Of a stretch of DNA of 64,000 nt, positions 14,700 through 28,478 are shown in pieces (position 1 is the stretch's first letter; every line of letters begins with the position of its first letter). The notes beneath the pieces are model-generated. The model saw only the letters and a list, made by a program, of their open reading frames with translations, searched no databases and was not told the DNA's origin. This stretch comes from Ylistrum balloti (lineage: Eukaryota): assembly GCF_031769215.1 (NCBI RefSeq), contig NW_026782798.1:186001-250000 (forward strand). The letters run 5' to 3'. The position numbers and the translations under genes are program-made.

Positions 14700-17600
14700 A
14701 AATAAAAAGGGATTATTCAAAAGTATTTTTGACAAGGATGGGGTTAAAAGTATGGTGTTTGATTTTGAAAACATGTCTTGATACTTAGGGTTCAGAATGG
14801 ACAAATTGCTGGATAGCTTAATATAAGGAATAGAAAAGCACACTATTCCAGGATGTCACTTTCACATGATACATCCCTAACCATTACACTGCTAGAGATA
14901 GAAAATTGATAGAAGTCTCCGTAATAATCTTCTATGTAAATTTTGAATGTATGCTAACACCATAACATTGGCAACAGTTACAACATATCGCCCCTTGGCT
15001 GAAATCAAATCAATATGATAAAATTGTATATGGATGGGAAGTACGTTGCATTAGTCATGCTGCTAAGAGGTGGAGCTCTTTTGTGTTTAAGTACACGTTG
15101 GTGTAAATGTACTTGGAAAGTAACCGACAGGCAGAGTTGACAATGTGATTCCTTTTGTACAGCCACAAACATTCCGGTACATTAAACTTAAGTAAAAAAA
15201 CATCACAGATTATATGGATAAGTATTGGTGACCAGATGGTCAATCGTCAAGACGATCAAGCCATGTGCACTGGAATTCCAGTAATGGTGGGAGCCATTTT
15301 GACCAGAAGGTGAGAAACAGGCCATTAGATTACGGACTCGTCTCCAGTGCTCAATCAAACAGAAACAATGGATAAAGACAGACCAAACTTTTCACCAAAT
15401 TCTGAGAAAAAACTCATTATTTTCTTATGCACCATTGAAGGTAGACCATCAATATCCGGAGTCCATTAGGCCTAAAAAAAAAAAACAAGACTCCTTAAAT
15501 GCTCCTGTCCCTCAAGCCAGACCAGGTCTCATACCCCTTCCATTGTTAAAGGTTCCAATTTTCTGATCTCTAATTTTTCCTTGTGGATCACTGGACTGAT
15601 GGCCTCTCTTTTGCATTGTGAGTTGTTGGTGATCCTTCTGGGTCCCACGGGGACTGTTGTCAGGAGCTTTGATTGGCAGGTCAGCCTCAGAAGTATTGTG
15701 CAATCTATTAGTACCAGGTCGCTGATGTCACCAAACCCTAACCCACAATGGTTTCTGAGGATTTGTCCAAATTCATTTTTCTTGCTATTTTCTTTGAGTC
15801 AATCGCCAATGTAAATAAACACAAACACTGCAGATGACACAGACAAACATTATGCAATAAAGACACAGACGGAAAACCAGTCAACCCGCCACATAATCAT
15901 TAAATAAACAAGCCTACAATTTGTACAGCCGCTGCTAAAGGGAAACTTTGTCCGTTATCCTCAGGATGCAAGGATTTCCAACAAAATAGATATAAAAGAA
16001 CCCTAAAATGGATTATCAGAGAAGCTGAAAATTGACTTGTACAGGTTCCATGTTTGGAATTGAGTTATTACCAAAGGACTTCCTAAAGAATAATTAATTT
16101 TGAAAGCTTTCAGGGTGATTACAGATGACGGAGTTCACATACACAAATCTGAGGACAATAAGCATTTGTGATGAGATGACATCAAATGAAACTTTTAAAT
16201 TATTTCAATAACTTTATGAGGGTATGTTAGGTGGAAAATTGATTTTTTATTGGCCATATTTGAGCAAAAAAACCTGAAACTTTGTACAAAATAAAAAGCT
16301 TTCGGAAATTGATTCACCAGTTTTCATGTTCAAGTTAATGGAACTTCAGTAAAGAGGCATTATCATTTGACATGGGCAGACATTAGCTAATGAGATAGTG
16401 ACATGGTCGAAAATAATCGCTCTGCATCATATAGGGGAGAATTTCACAAGGTCAGCTGAAGAAAAGCAGGTTCTAACGTTGTCATTCGATAGGTCATCAT
16501 CTAATGATGTTATCTAGGAAATTACAGGGAAACATGGAAGAAACGACTATAATATTAATTATTCAATGTCATTTCTCCCTCATTAAACAAGATGGAAGCA
16601 TTTATCCTTTGACTTGGGAAGTCCAATTATACTTTATGGGGGTAATGCGACGAAATATATTATATTTTTTTCCTTTTATTTCAATGATGGTGGAATGGGA
16701 CCTTAAACAACAAAGGGACATAATTCTGAGATAAATGAATCTCAGACGAAGAAAAAAAATCAATTTGTCGCATTTTCAAGAAAATACTCTTGGCTAGAAG
16801 GTTATTGGTACAATGTAGAAATTAGGAAATGGTTACACATAAAATTCATTGGATAAAATATGTATCCTGTTACAATATCCAAGGTCTTTTACGACCTAAT
16901 GGGATCCTCTCGCGACTATTAGATACTTCCATCAAGTCCCTTTGTCACATTATCTCCTTCTTTTAATTCTGTACCCAACTGATGGGTTTTTTTTTTTCGT
17001 TTTTTGACTCCAACTCTATTGTAACATTTACATATTCATATTTCAACAATTACAAATGCTTTGCAGAACTTTTGTATGGCAAAAAATTGTACATTACTGA
17101 AATAATTAATTCTATGAGGAAGATTTAACTGAACTTCTGTTAATTCTAGTAAAATTATGTTTATATTGGTGATAAAGATTTGACAGGCAGTTATTCTATT
17201 CAAAATCTGCAATTTCAAATATTCTCAAAAATTGAACTGCAAAATCTTAATGAAAGCTCCAACTGAAAGTGTTCAAAATGGATGTATATTGTTTATAAGA
17301 ATTCTGTGTTTAGGACAGGTAATGTTAAAACCAAAGCATCTTTGAAGTAAAAATTCTTTCAAACAGGTACATATTTAGACAGGTACTATTTTTGAGGTGA
17401 AGGCCACAAATAGTAAAGTAGAAAATGTGAAAGAAAGCATGGTTTTTAATCTTAAGACGTCAGAGATACGGAGGCTGACAAGAAACGTCATAATACATTT
17501 TCTACACTAATATAATGAGGAGCTGTTACAGTTACACCTCACTCCAATTGGTGACAAACACACAGCCGACCCTGATGGATGGTCGGGTGTGGAAATCTTA

Positions 17601-18179
17601 TTACCATACATGGGCGATTGTCATTGAATTTAAAAGAAGCAAGCTTTAAATGAAGGAAAAGAATAGGGTTTAATTTCATTTAAGTGATGAATAACAGGCC
17701 CCAAGGAAATGTAATTATTCTGCAATGCAATTTCAACTTTGATGGAGGAAAAGAATGCGACCACCTCTGCCAAAATTCGGGTCATATTGGTCCAAGGCCA
17801 TTGACATCAATCAGTACCTGGTCTTTTAGTGGGGGACTTCTGATGGCAGATGGGGAGGGGGATTGTCTAGTCACCAAGGTCAAAAGTATTGGTGGGGAGG
17901 GGACTCTTGTTTATGAAGGGGGACACTCTGTCAAGTGTAGTATAGGGGTCCCCATGAACATTACTGTACAGGAATCTCCTAAACGGCTAGTTGCTGTCTG
18001 TTAATTCCCACCTCAAAAAGGCAAATGGAATGCATAGCCTGGAGTTGATGTAATTAGTATTTTGTTTAAAAAATTTGAAAAATAAAGCAAAAAAAAAAAA
18101 AAAATTCTTTATACGCAAGAAAAGCATGAGGTATAAAGCAGGTCAACAGAGTTTTCGTTAGTTTTTAGACCAATGCCTA

Positions 18180-18600
18180 AAATCAAGCTTTCAGACCTGT
18201 ATCAGAAAATTATGATTTCAGTACCCTGATATTAAGCTATCAAAGCTAGATGCCTGATATCAAACTTTAGCCATGTCCTTAAATAAAGTTTTCAGACATT
18301 TGTCTAAAGTTATAATTATAGTATCCTACAATTAAGCTATCAAATGTAAGTATCTGATATGAAATTTGAAGTCTGTCCTGAAATTAAGTTTCTTCACCTT
18401 CCTCTGAAATTATGATTTCAGTGTTAAATAAGTATATGTTTTCAAACCTAGGTTTCTGATATCAAACTTTAAACCTGTCCTGAAATTAATTTTTCAGACC
18501 TTTGTCTGAAATTATGATTCAGTGTCCTACAATCCAGCTTTCAAACCTAGGTATCTGAAATCAAACTTAAAATTTAAGTTTGCAGACCTGTGTCTAGCAT
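18180..18600. repeat. Degenerate ~100-bp tandem repeat, ~4 copies
   Basis: Anchor aa(a/g)ttat(g/a)att..agt at 18207, 18307, 18407 and 18509, followed each time by a ...ctga(t/a)at(c/g)aaa(c/t)tt block. Confidence 0.75.
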
Positions 18601-19031
18601 AACATATATTTTAATGTAGAATTACATCTATCAAAATTGTTGAAAGATTTTCAAAGTTGATTAACTTGATACGCCAGCATTCACAAGAACAGAACAAAAC
18701 AAACAAAATCTGTTGTGTAAATTACCCATGGTTTTGTGATCATCTAATGTTAACGATAGTTTTCTATAGAGGCTAATGCAATTTCAATGTATTTCAATTA
18801 AATGCCATAGGATCAAAAAAAAAAAAAAGAAAAAAAGTTTCAAGTATTTCTTTCCAAAGCGCATTAGAAAAATGTGTTGACTAAACAGCTGTCGTTGCCC
18901 ATTTTATTAGAACTGACTGAATTACAAAAACACCTAGGAGACTTTGAAAAGGTTGCTAGGAGAGTGGTGTATTCAGAAGTGCAAACACTACAAAAGCTAG
19001 TACCTCTGTATCTAATACACCAAGGAGATTT

Positions 19032-19265
19032 TCACAGATAAAAGGAAATCTGGAGCACTAATCGATGGCTACAATTCCAAAGCAATGATTCGATTCTCAT
19101 AATGGTTGAAATGACCACATCATAAATTATACAACTACTCTTCAAAAAGCCATATGTGGCTTGCATGCCAGTATCGGCTGGAACCCTGTGTAAGCTTAAG
19201 CCATCAGCCTTGGTATTGGAGCCACAACTTGTTCTGTTAAGTGTCGATTCCTTGTAGAAGACTGG
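19032..19265 (-). pseudogene. Possible decayed THAP-domain fragment (transposase-related)
   Basis: 77 codons without a stop after acceptor-like ttttatttccacag, encoding ...NRTSCGSNTKADGLSLHRVPADTG..., reminiscent of the THAP N-terminal C..GCSN...G.S(L/F)HRFP.D. The invariant Trp and the CSxHF motif are not cleanly present. Confidence 0.3.
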
Positions 19266-20755
19266 CTGTGGAAATAAAATTTTCTATGATTGCTTCCGTG
19301 TTCTTCACATGCAACAGGCCTCCCTTAATAGTAAGACAAATATAGTGAGTCACCGAAATGCGCAGTTATAATCATATTTCTGTCCCGTGAAGGAACTTGA
19401 TGTGTTGCAGTTCAAAGGAGAGCAACAGTTGTCAATGACGTATATCCAATCAGATTGCCCGATACAAATGGACTTTTCTGGACAATTAATATTATGCGAT
19501 ATTGGACACAAGCTAAAAAGGATTTGATTAATGTTGTTAGCATGGTCGTGTACGCTACTGAATACAAATTTGATATCCCAAGGACGCTGATGTTTGTGGT
19601 ATTCAATGTAGCAATACTTCCTGAGTTTGAACATTAATTTTTGCAGAGTAACAATATCGATCTAAGTACGATTGGTTAGGGATTCTTTAACGATGACAAA
19701 TTTAATTTGTTATAATGTGAAGGATACGAGTTCCACAATTACGGAAAATTGAGTGATATTGAAGTGCTTTTAAAATCACAACTTCCAGAATGTGTTACAA
19801 ATCAAAATGGCAACCAACGTCTCGGAGCAAGCATTCGGATCATATTAACAGATCATGAGATGTATATATTTTAAAAATAAAAAGTCACCAAATGTAACAT
19901 GTAATTGAAGCAAAGATATAAGAAACAAGTGATATCAAGTTTACATGTGGTAGATCGATTGGCCAAGATATAAGAAGAAATAACATCCAAAGATTTAATT
20001 TTTACGAATACCATATAAGAATTTGCAACACAATGACAAGCCACTATGCACCTGCATTTAGATACACATCTCACAGTGTAATATCATTTTCCAATAAATC
20101 CTACTTAAAACGGATCTTGTAATGAAATAAAAGTCAGCTAACTTCGTGTTACTATATAATCATGGAGAAACATAGACTTTTTACCTCACAATTAGAAGTA
20201 ACATTAGGCCTTAACGGTGACGACCTTTCTAAATCTTTATCAACATTTCTTATCATTTAGTATTTTCTAACAAAGTTATTACATCATTTATAGCCCAATC
20301 CTATATAAAAAGCTTTGACTTTTGACATTTTCAAAACATTACATTACCAAGCTGTATAAGATTTGTTGCAAATTTCATAATACTTTGTATCACCAGACAC
20401 TTAAGATTAAAAAAACTTAAGTGACATATATCACCTGACTGAAGTTATTGTCATTCTTTTACAAATAATAAAGTTCATTTTCAGTTACTACATTAAACAA
20501 ATATGTAAATCCTCTTTCATATTTAACAATAATTTCTTATGAGATCACCAACATTTAAAACAATCTTATCTGAAGAGACTACCTCTAATCACTTACCCTC
20601 TTTTACAAGGGTCATCTGTGGGCCTCGCAAATGAAGCAACCACCTCACAGAACAATCTTTACTAACAGACCACCCCAGTTACCAATTTCTTCTTAAAGAG
20701 ACCACCCTCCATTGTACAGAATAACATGTCTCAAAAGACCAAAACAGTTAATAAC

Positions 20756-20970
20756 CCCCTCCTTACAAGACCATTCCACTCTCCTCCTTACAAGACCATT
20801 CCACTCCCCTCCTTACAAGACCATTCCACTGAACAATCCCCTCCTTACAAGACCATTCCACTCCCCTCCTTACAAGACCATTCCACTCCCCTCCATACAA
20901 GACCATTCCACTAACCCTCCTTACAAGACCATTCCACTGAACAATCCCTTCCTTACAAGACCTTTCCACT
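20756..20970. repeat. 25/32-bp minisatellite (ccttacaagaccattccactcccct, some units with a gaacaat insert), ~8 units
   Basis: Units at 20761, 20786, 20811, 20843, 20868 ...; preceded by degenerate gaccacc motifs (20570-20710). Explains ORFs 20712-21047, 20726-20914 and 20763-20969. Confidence 0.9.
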
Positions 20971-23900
20971 TAACAATGGAAAAAATATATTTATCTTTTC
21001 TAACTCAATCATACTATGGCAAAAAAATTGTATTGGACTTTTCTTAAATTGGTATTCTTGATCATTTTCTCTTACCAATTACTAACACATTGATCCTAAT
21101 TTGAAAATGGACATGAACAAAATCAAAGGAGATCACTCAACACAAACCATGTTTGAGGTGAAGGTAACATTATATCCTCAATCAAGCCAAATCTTAGCTA
21201 CTGTACATCAGTGTTAAATAATTGGCACCTAATTTCAGAGCAGACAATCAGTTTTGCCTTAATAAACTTATATGTAGAACAGCCAAATGCTCCGTCAAAT
21301 TCAATTTTATGAAGGTATGACCAGAAAAACATTTGCTTTATTCATTAACTTTAAAACCAGAAAATAAATTTGTGAGTGTACTGCCAAATTCGATTAAATT
21401 TTTTTATCAGAAATACTGTTGAAGCTTGATATTTTTCACTGTATCACTGGTTTTCAGTAAACATATTAGTAGTTTAAGCCGTTAGTGTATAATTGCTGAG
21501 GATTGCATGAGAACTGCCGAGAGCGTGAAGAAAACACCGCTGTGGTAATGCAGCCTCTCTCTGGCATGCATTGGCATGCGTTTTACATGCGTAAGATAGG
21601 GAATGAATTGTGATATCAGATGTCACTGATTGCAGCAATTGACAAAAATTAACCATGAAAGCAGAAATGTGCCCCAGCGTGCACTGTGCGTTTGTTGTGA
21701 ATTACCTCCTGCTATGGTAACAGCAGTCTTCCGTTTATCCTTTTATTTGTTTATTCTTTTATCGCTACAAAACTCGGAGTGTTGTTGTGGATGCACACTG
21801 ACAGATCTGATACAACATTACGAGGTGCATGACTTTGGTACATAGTTACTACAGCCCCTAGAGCATAGCTCGGAATGATTGCTATGTGTGATGGAAGAAT
21901 GCTACGTTTTGCTTTTACATTGTCTAAAGAGATGGCATGTGCGGGCAGGTAAATAGTTCCACATAACGACAGGGAAGGAAATATGTGACCCCGACATATT
22001 GTGTATCTCAGATATGCTGCATATATCACAAGCTAAACTAAACAGTTTCAATATCTGTGAATGGAGCTGGTATCTATTTCCACAGTGTGCAGACATTTTT
22101 TGCAAAGTCAGTAAAAAGTCGGATATACAGATGTTTTTCATAATCTATGAAAAATTGTATAGAAATTGCTATAAATCCTTAGCTGACTACTTCTCTGGCA
22201 TTGAGAAAAGCTTGAAAAATCATCAAAATATGAAAATTCACAGAACTGACACCATGATTTTAAAGATAAATAAATCAATGCCAGTTTATCCAGCTGACCA
22301 GTTCAACAAACACTTCGGTGTTCTTCACTAAATTATTTACTAATAATCTTGATTTTTTGTTGGTTTATTACTTCATGGACAGACAGGATCATCTTGAGGC
22401 AGGGTCTTCCTGATGTAGGTGGTGACAACTTCAGTGAACACCATACAAAAGGCCCGTCACATCCACATCCAGATGTCTTGCCCATGGACACAATCATGAC
22501 AGCACAGACCAGTATGTTTCTCAGGTTCTTGAGACCATGAACTGCCATTGGTAGGTTGCATCAAGCCAAGACTTCAGATCTTAACCTGAGATTTCCACCT
22601 ATTGCAGCTTATTCATAAATTAATGTTGAAATTCATATGCAATCATATACAAATAACCATTAATAATTTGCTGTTCTGGTTAATCTTATCATAAAACTAA
22701 TGCAAATTAATTAAACTCTTACAACAACTATAAACTTAATGCACAATTCTACTATAGACTGTTGAAAATGAACACTCCACCAAAACTCCTCGCTTAATTG
22801 TCTCAAATAGAACTCCTGCCAATGAAACACCTGCATTAGTTGTAAATTGCCTCATCGGCAATAGTACAACAGCATAGTAATAACAACGATAATTAACGGT
22901 TACATAATTTGACAATTTGTCACCTACAACTGCGACTAAATATATCTATTGTAGCTACTTTTACTGCAACAATGACAAAAAAATGTCTTCAACATATAAA
23001 TTAACACATATCAACATATATTGAATGACGAACTAATGACAAATTATGGATCTATTTAAGAATTTGTCACGTACATGACATCCAAGTACCAGGTAAAATT
23101 AGTACTTTCTGTCTTCTAGCCCTGATTAATTCTTTCATATTTCATGAAGAAAATTACCACTAATTAAATCTTAACATATCTATTTTTGAAATTTCAACAT
23201 TCCCTTTAATAAAATATGCAAATGCAATTTGAAAAATTTTTGGTTTTTAAATGAGAACTTCTGCCTCTGTGTTTTAATCACTTTGAATGGTGTTTTGTCA
23301 TGTTGTACAACACTGATAGTACAATATCATCATCTCGTGGCCAGTCTTTTGACCAGCAGTTTTGAACTTTGATCACTCTAATTAACGGGTCAAATGCAAT
23401 AAATATTCATTAACAGTAACACTGTTTATCAAGAAAGCCATATTTTTATTGATAAGTCTTTTTATCTTCTTTTTCAATCTAAATGATATACATGTATCTT
23501 GTCATTTGATATAAGTAAATTCTCAACAATGATCTGATACTGAAGTCTGATTCAGCTAAGTAAGGCAGGGGTTTTGATTACTCTAGAATCCTTTAAGAAC
23601 AAGTTAGAGAATATGTAGGTTCAGGATAAAGAGATATAGTTACTTCAAATTCTCATATGTTGCAAAAGACAGGAATTACATTGAAGTATGCTGATCCTGC
23701 ACCACCAGGCAATCACCAGAGGCCAATACATTACTACTCAAAGCCAGAGGTATATTACCATAAAAATATCATTAATTGACCATATTTGGAAATTTCTTTG
23801 AACCAAAACAGATATGGCAGATGGGCTTATATCCAAACACAGCTTCTTGCCAAATAAAGGTAAGATTAAATCAAGAATAAATTTGGTCAGATCTGTATAG

Positions 23901-26475
23901 TTGCTGATGAACATCGCTTTCAGATTTGGCAAATGCACATTCTACCATAGTAAACTTGAACCAAAGTCTCATAGACATATTATTTTTTTAACAGGTTGGT
24001 AAATTACAAGGATTCAGGTAAAACAGGTTTCACATAAAACCCTGAGTACCATTTTGGGCTTTATGTTTGAGAATTGTCTAGTTCTGGCTGTCTGTAAGCA
24101 AAATGTAATCCAAGGAAAGGCTTAACAAGGCCTAGGGACTGTCAGCAACATATCATGTGGCATAGGGCAAGTAATCCAACACTTAAGTCTAGAAGAAAAT
24201 CCTTGTTCTTAATGTCTACCTAATATAATTAGACCACTCTGTACAGTTGTGTTTATATCTGTTCAGTGGAAATCCTGGGGCATTATGGGGCACTTCTTTA
24301 ATACAGTTGGAAACATTTATTTGCATAAAACGGATTAAATATATTTATTTGTCTGGGAATAAATGACCAGAATTTTCTGAAACAAATCATTTTGTTTTTG
24401 AAAAAAAAATTTCTTCTGTTTATCAGTGAAAGGCATTGTAAGAAGGAAAATTTGTAATCTGGTAATTGATTTCAAGGGTTTGCCAAACAACACCCCTGGA
24501 GAAAGAAACTGGTCATTTCATGACCATAACTGGAGTATATGTATCAGCCAAGCAGTTTGTCTCCCTCTAGGGAGGAGCCCATGTGTCACCTTGGACAAAG
24601 CTTTCTGATTTAATGACCAGACTTTTCTTGTTCATGACTGTGGTCAAGCCTTAAGCGTTGAACAGCTTGACCATACATGCAGTCTCCCCAACAATGCATG
24701 CTGTCCACCTACAAGATTTATACCGGTCAGTTTATGGTTGAGTAAACAATAGCCACAATCAACATGTGGTGACAGAGATATTAAAATAAATTCCTATTTT
24801 CTACCAGGTGCCTTATTTCAAGATGAGTCTGTATGATAGGCCAAATGAAAAAGGTCAAAGGTTATGTTTGGACAATACTTTCACCTGGTCCCATCAAACA
24901 AGGTAAACATATTCTCATGAATAATTCCATAAGGTTTTTATGATAGATTCAATTAAAATGTAATTTGGATATAGAATACCCTATAAACGTGGGCTTAACA
25001 CACTGTCTTTCGATCTCGCTAAGATACCATATCTCATGGGAAATAGACTCACTACAAACTATAATATCGTCACACAGTATCTGTTTCCTCCTAAGGTGTT
25101 TAAAAATCAAATTTACCAGCATTGCATCAGTTTGACATCAATGATATTATTTACAGATAATATTTCATAATCTTTTGATAAGTTTCACTATGTTGTTAAA
25201 CTTGACATGCTTCAATCCATCAAACACATAGTAATGCTTATATAAAACTAATACAGATGTTTTTTCTTTTTTCTCGAATGTTGGAGGAGAATGGATGCTG
25301 CTTGTAAAGAAATATTCATAAGAACTTGAAAGAAGTGTACATGAAGAAGTCACATTTCATGAACAAGTGATGTCATATTTCATATCATTGAATAGGTGTC
25401 AGATTTCACATCCAAAGGATGTCATATTTCAAAACACTCTATATGATTTTACATCCTTTTTTTTAATACATCAAAGATCATTTCTATGTGTCTGTGGGTG
25501 TGTGTGTGTTTTTTAAAATTAAAAGTACACATATTTGGCTTATATACTTCAAATGTTCATATTTGTAAATCATACAGTTTCAGGGCATAGTCAAGCCTCG
25601 TTAATTCAGTTGCCAAAAATCCAGATGTCCCACTAACCCACTCATGTTTTACATAAAACTTCTTTACTATTCAACAGCTTCAGCAAAATATAAAAACAAA
25701 TAGATTGTAAATCAAGATAAGTGCTTTTTCAGCGACAAAAAAAAACAAATGTTAAAATGCATCCTGAAACAAGTTTTCAATTTTTTCAATTTGACTGATG
25801 CATGTCTGGACATGGAACAAGGTCTGACCTTGTGGTCACCTTTTATAGAAATAAGTGGACACCCCGCTATTGTTTGGGCGTATGTTTTGGGGCAAGGATT
25901 ATCACTAAGGCATAATAACAGACATCTTTACGCCAAGCACAGGTGCCCTGGGTATAAATCGCCATGCGAAAACATGCCTGAATGTGATTATCACTAAAGC
26001 CAAGGATGGATCTTTGTCAATTTCAATGGACAGATCGCCCGAAAATTAAGTGGTAGATAACCGTTTACCTGCAGGCCCTTTCTTATTAAAATCTAATTTT
26101 GAAAATGTTAACGAACCAAGATCTTGCTATTTATCAAAGAGATCTTTATACACAAGGGCTAAAATTAAAAAGCATAACAATACTTGAACGAACATGTGTG
26201 TCCAGTAATTGTTTAAAACCAATTTCCAGTAAATAAAATTCTAAATAACATAAAAGTGTTTCGGGTGGGTATAATGATAATGCAGTAGAGATTGTATTGG
26301 GAGAGGGTGATCATTTAGCCTACAGAGGTGGTCGGTGCCAGGTACAGGACCAACAATATAAACACAACACCTGTCCAACATAATGGGATGACACTCATCA
26401 GGAACAGGTATTAATAGTTAAAGTACAAACTAGAAACACCTTCATTGTATTTGGCCTATAAGCTCCTCAGAGTCA

Positions 26476-27147
26476 CACCCCATATTACTGGGTATTAGGA
26501 CGGTGAAGACAGATAGTGTCACACACCATATAACCGGGTATTAGGATGGTGAAGACAGCTAGTGTCACACACCATATAACTGGGGATTGGGACGGTGTAG
26601 ATATCTAGTGTCACACACCATATAACTAGGGGTTGGGATGGTGAAGACAGCTAGTGTCACACACCATATAACTGGGTATTAGGATGGTGTAGACAGCTAA
26701 TGTCACACACCATGTAATGGGGGTTGAGATGGTGAAGACAGCTAGTGTCACACTCCATATAATTGGGTATTAGGAACGTGAAGACAGCTAGTGTCACATG
26801 CAATATTACTGGGTATTAGGACGGTGAAGACAGTTAGTGTCACACCCTATATTACTGGATATTAGGACAGTGAAGACAGCTAGGGTCACATCCTATATTA
26901 CTGGGTATTAGGACAGTGAAGACAGTTAGTGTCATGTCACACACCATGTAATATGGTGAAGACAGCTAGTGTCACATATTAGGTATGGTGAAGACAAGAC
27001 AGCAATATTACTGGGTATTCACACCCTATATTACTGGATATTAGGACAGTGAAGACAGCTAGGGTCACATCCTATATTACTGGGTATTAGGACAGTGAAG
27101 ACAGTTAGTGTCACACCCCATATTACTGGGTAGTAGGACAGTGAAGA
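26476..27147. repeat. 46-bp minisatellite, diverged copies
   Basis: Unit actgggtattaggacggtgaagacagctagtgtcacacaccatata; anchors at 26487, 26533, 26579 ... Confidence 0.9.
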
Positions 27148-27596
27148 CTTTGGTCCCACCACATGACACGAGTTTTCAGGACCATAATGCTGGGTATTGG
27201 GACGGTGAAGACTGTGGTCCCACCACATGACACGAGTTTTCAGGACCATAATACTGAGTATTGGGACGGTGAAGACTGTGGTCCCACCACATGACATGAG
27301 TTTTTAGGACCATAATACTGGGTATTGGGACGGTGAAGACTGTGGTCCCACCACATGACATGAGTTTTTAGGACCATAATACTGGGTATTGGGACGGTGA
27401 AGACTGTGGTCCCACCACATGACACGAGTTTTCAGGACCATAATACTGGGTATTGGGACGGTGAAGACTGTGGTCCCACCACATGACACGAGTTTTCAGG
27501 ACCATAATACTGGGTATTGGGACGGTGAAGACTGTGGTCCCACCACATGACACGAGTTTTCAGGACCATAATACTGGGTATTGGGATGGTAGAGAC
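27148..27596. repeat. 64-bp minisatellite, ~7 near-identical copies
   Basis: Unit actgggtattgggacggtgaagactgtggtcccaccacatgacacgagttttcaggaccataat. The ORF track shows near-identical 61-aa ORFs offset by exactly 64 bp. Confidence 0.95.
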
Positions 27597-28377
27597 ACAG
27601 AAGATGAGTTCAATCATTTTTTTCCTTCTTTAAATCCAATGAAAGCAAAGAACCTACTATTCAGATCGATTTAAACAGAATGTTTTGGGGACATCTAAAG
27701 ATATCCAAATTTTCTTGACAAGGTTAGTTACGAGATCTTAAAATAATTTTTAAAAGGTGTCAATTTGGACTGAAAACAAATTTTTTAATTACAAAGTGTA
27801 GTATTTTCCATCCTCATGTAGTTCATTAAGGCTTGAGCACTCCTATATATTTTTTTGAAAAGAGAAAATCTGAAAGGTTTCACAATAGAAATACCAGTGC
27901 AATGTGTACTGTTTAATAACAATTTTCAAAGCTCTGCTATATTAACATTTTCTATGTATAGATGAAAGCAGTTCTGCCTAACAAATATGAAGAGAAACAC
28001 CAAATGTTAGCAGTAATTATATTAAAACACGTTAAGCTGTAAAACCACAGATTACTTTATATATTTGATGAATCTTTATGGCTTCCTTTCTTACCACAAT
28101 GTTTCAAGTGTACCAATTAACCAAACATGTTCTTTTAGTGTCAGATTTATTGCCACTCAAACCTATATACGTAGTATGTCATTTATATAATACAGCTAAC
28201 GAAAAAGTATCACTAGCAATTTGATACCTTTTAATTTGTAACCACAGAAATTTTCTCTTCTTTGTACTGTTTACTTTTAAAAGTCTGGCCTGTCAACACA
28301 ATATTTCTGCATCTTGTCAAAAACCACAAACAAGTATATATCCTATGTAGGTATAAAGATGACAAGCACTCGCTCAC

Positions 28378-28478
28378 CAACGATCCGAACCATCACTCAT
28401 TTTCTCGCCATCCCAAGTACCGAATCCTCCCATGACACGTTCATGACTGATACGACTTTCAATGCGATTCAACAACAT
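28378..28478 (-). CDS. Candidate alternative first exon (MLLNRIESRISHERVMGGFGTWDGEKMSDGSDR, ends phase 2)
   Basis: ATG-initiated open frame ending at TTG|GTGAGC, in a locally CpG-rich stretch (~28360-28900). No homology recognised. Confidence 0.25.

Noticed and set aside
15540-15760. Minus-strand frame ...CKREAISPVIHKEKL..., echoing ISPVIK of the exon or a LINE RT motif
   Set aside because: Only a 5-residue match, flanked by stops, with no YRPISL-type motif or splice signals; unidentifiable.
17561-17591. GC-rich 11-bp hairpin, a possible Helitron 3' end
   Set aside because: No CTRR terminus at the expected distance downstream.
22333-22548. Overlapping 71-aa (-) and 63-aa (+) ORFs, with a signal-peptide-like start and a GGDNFSEHH string like an APE endonuclease GDFNxHH
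   Set aside because: Similarity is too weak to support either a secreted peptide or a LINE remnant without a search.
27031-27674. Series of near-identical 61-aa ORFs; repeat array superficially like CRISPR
   Set aside because: Head-to-tail 64-bp tandem repeat with no unique spacers, no cas genes, and a eukaryotic context.
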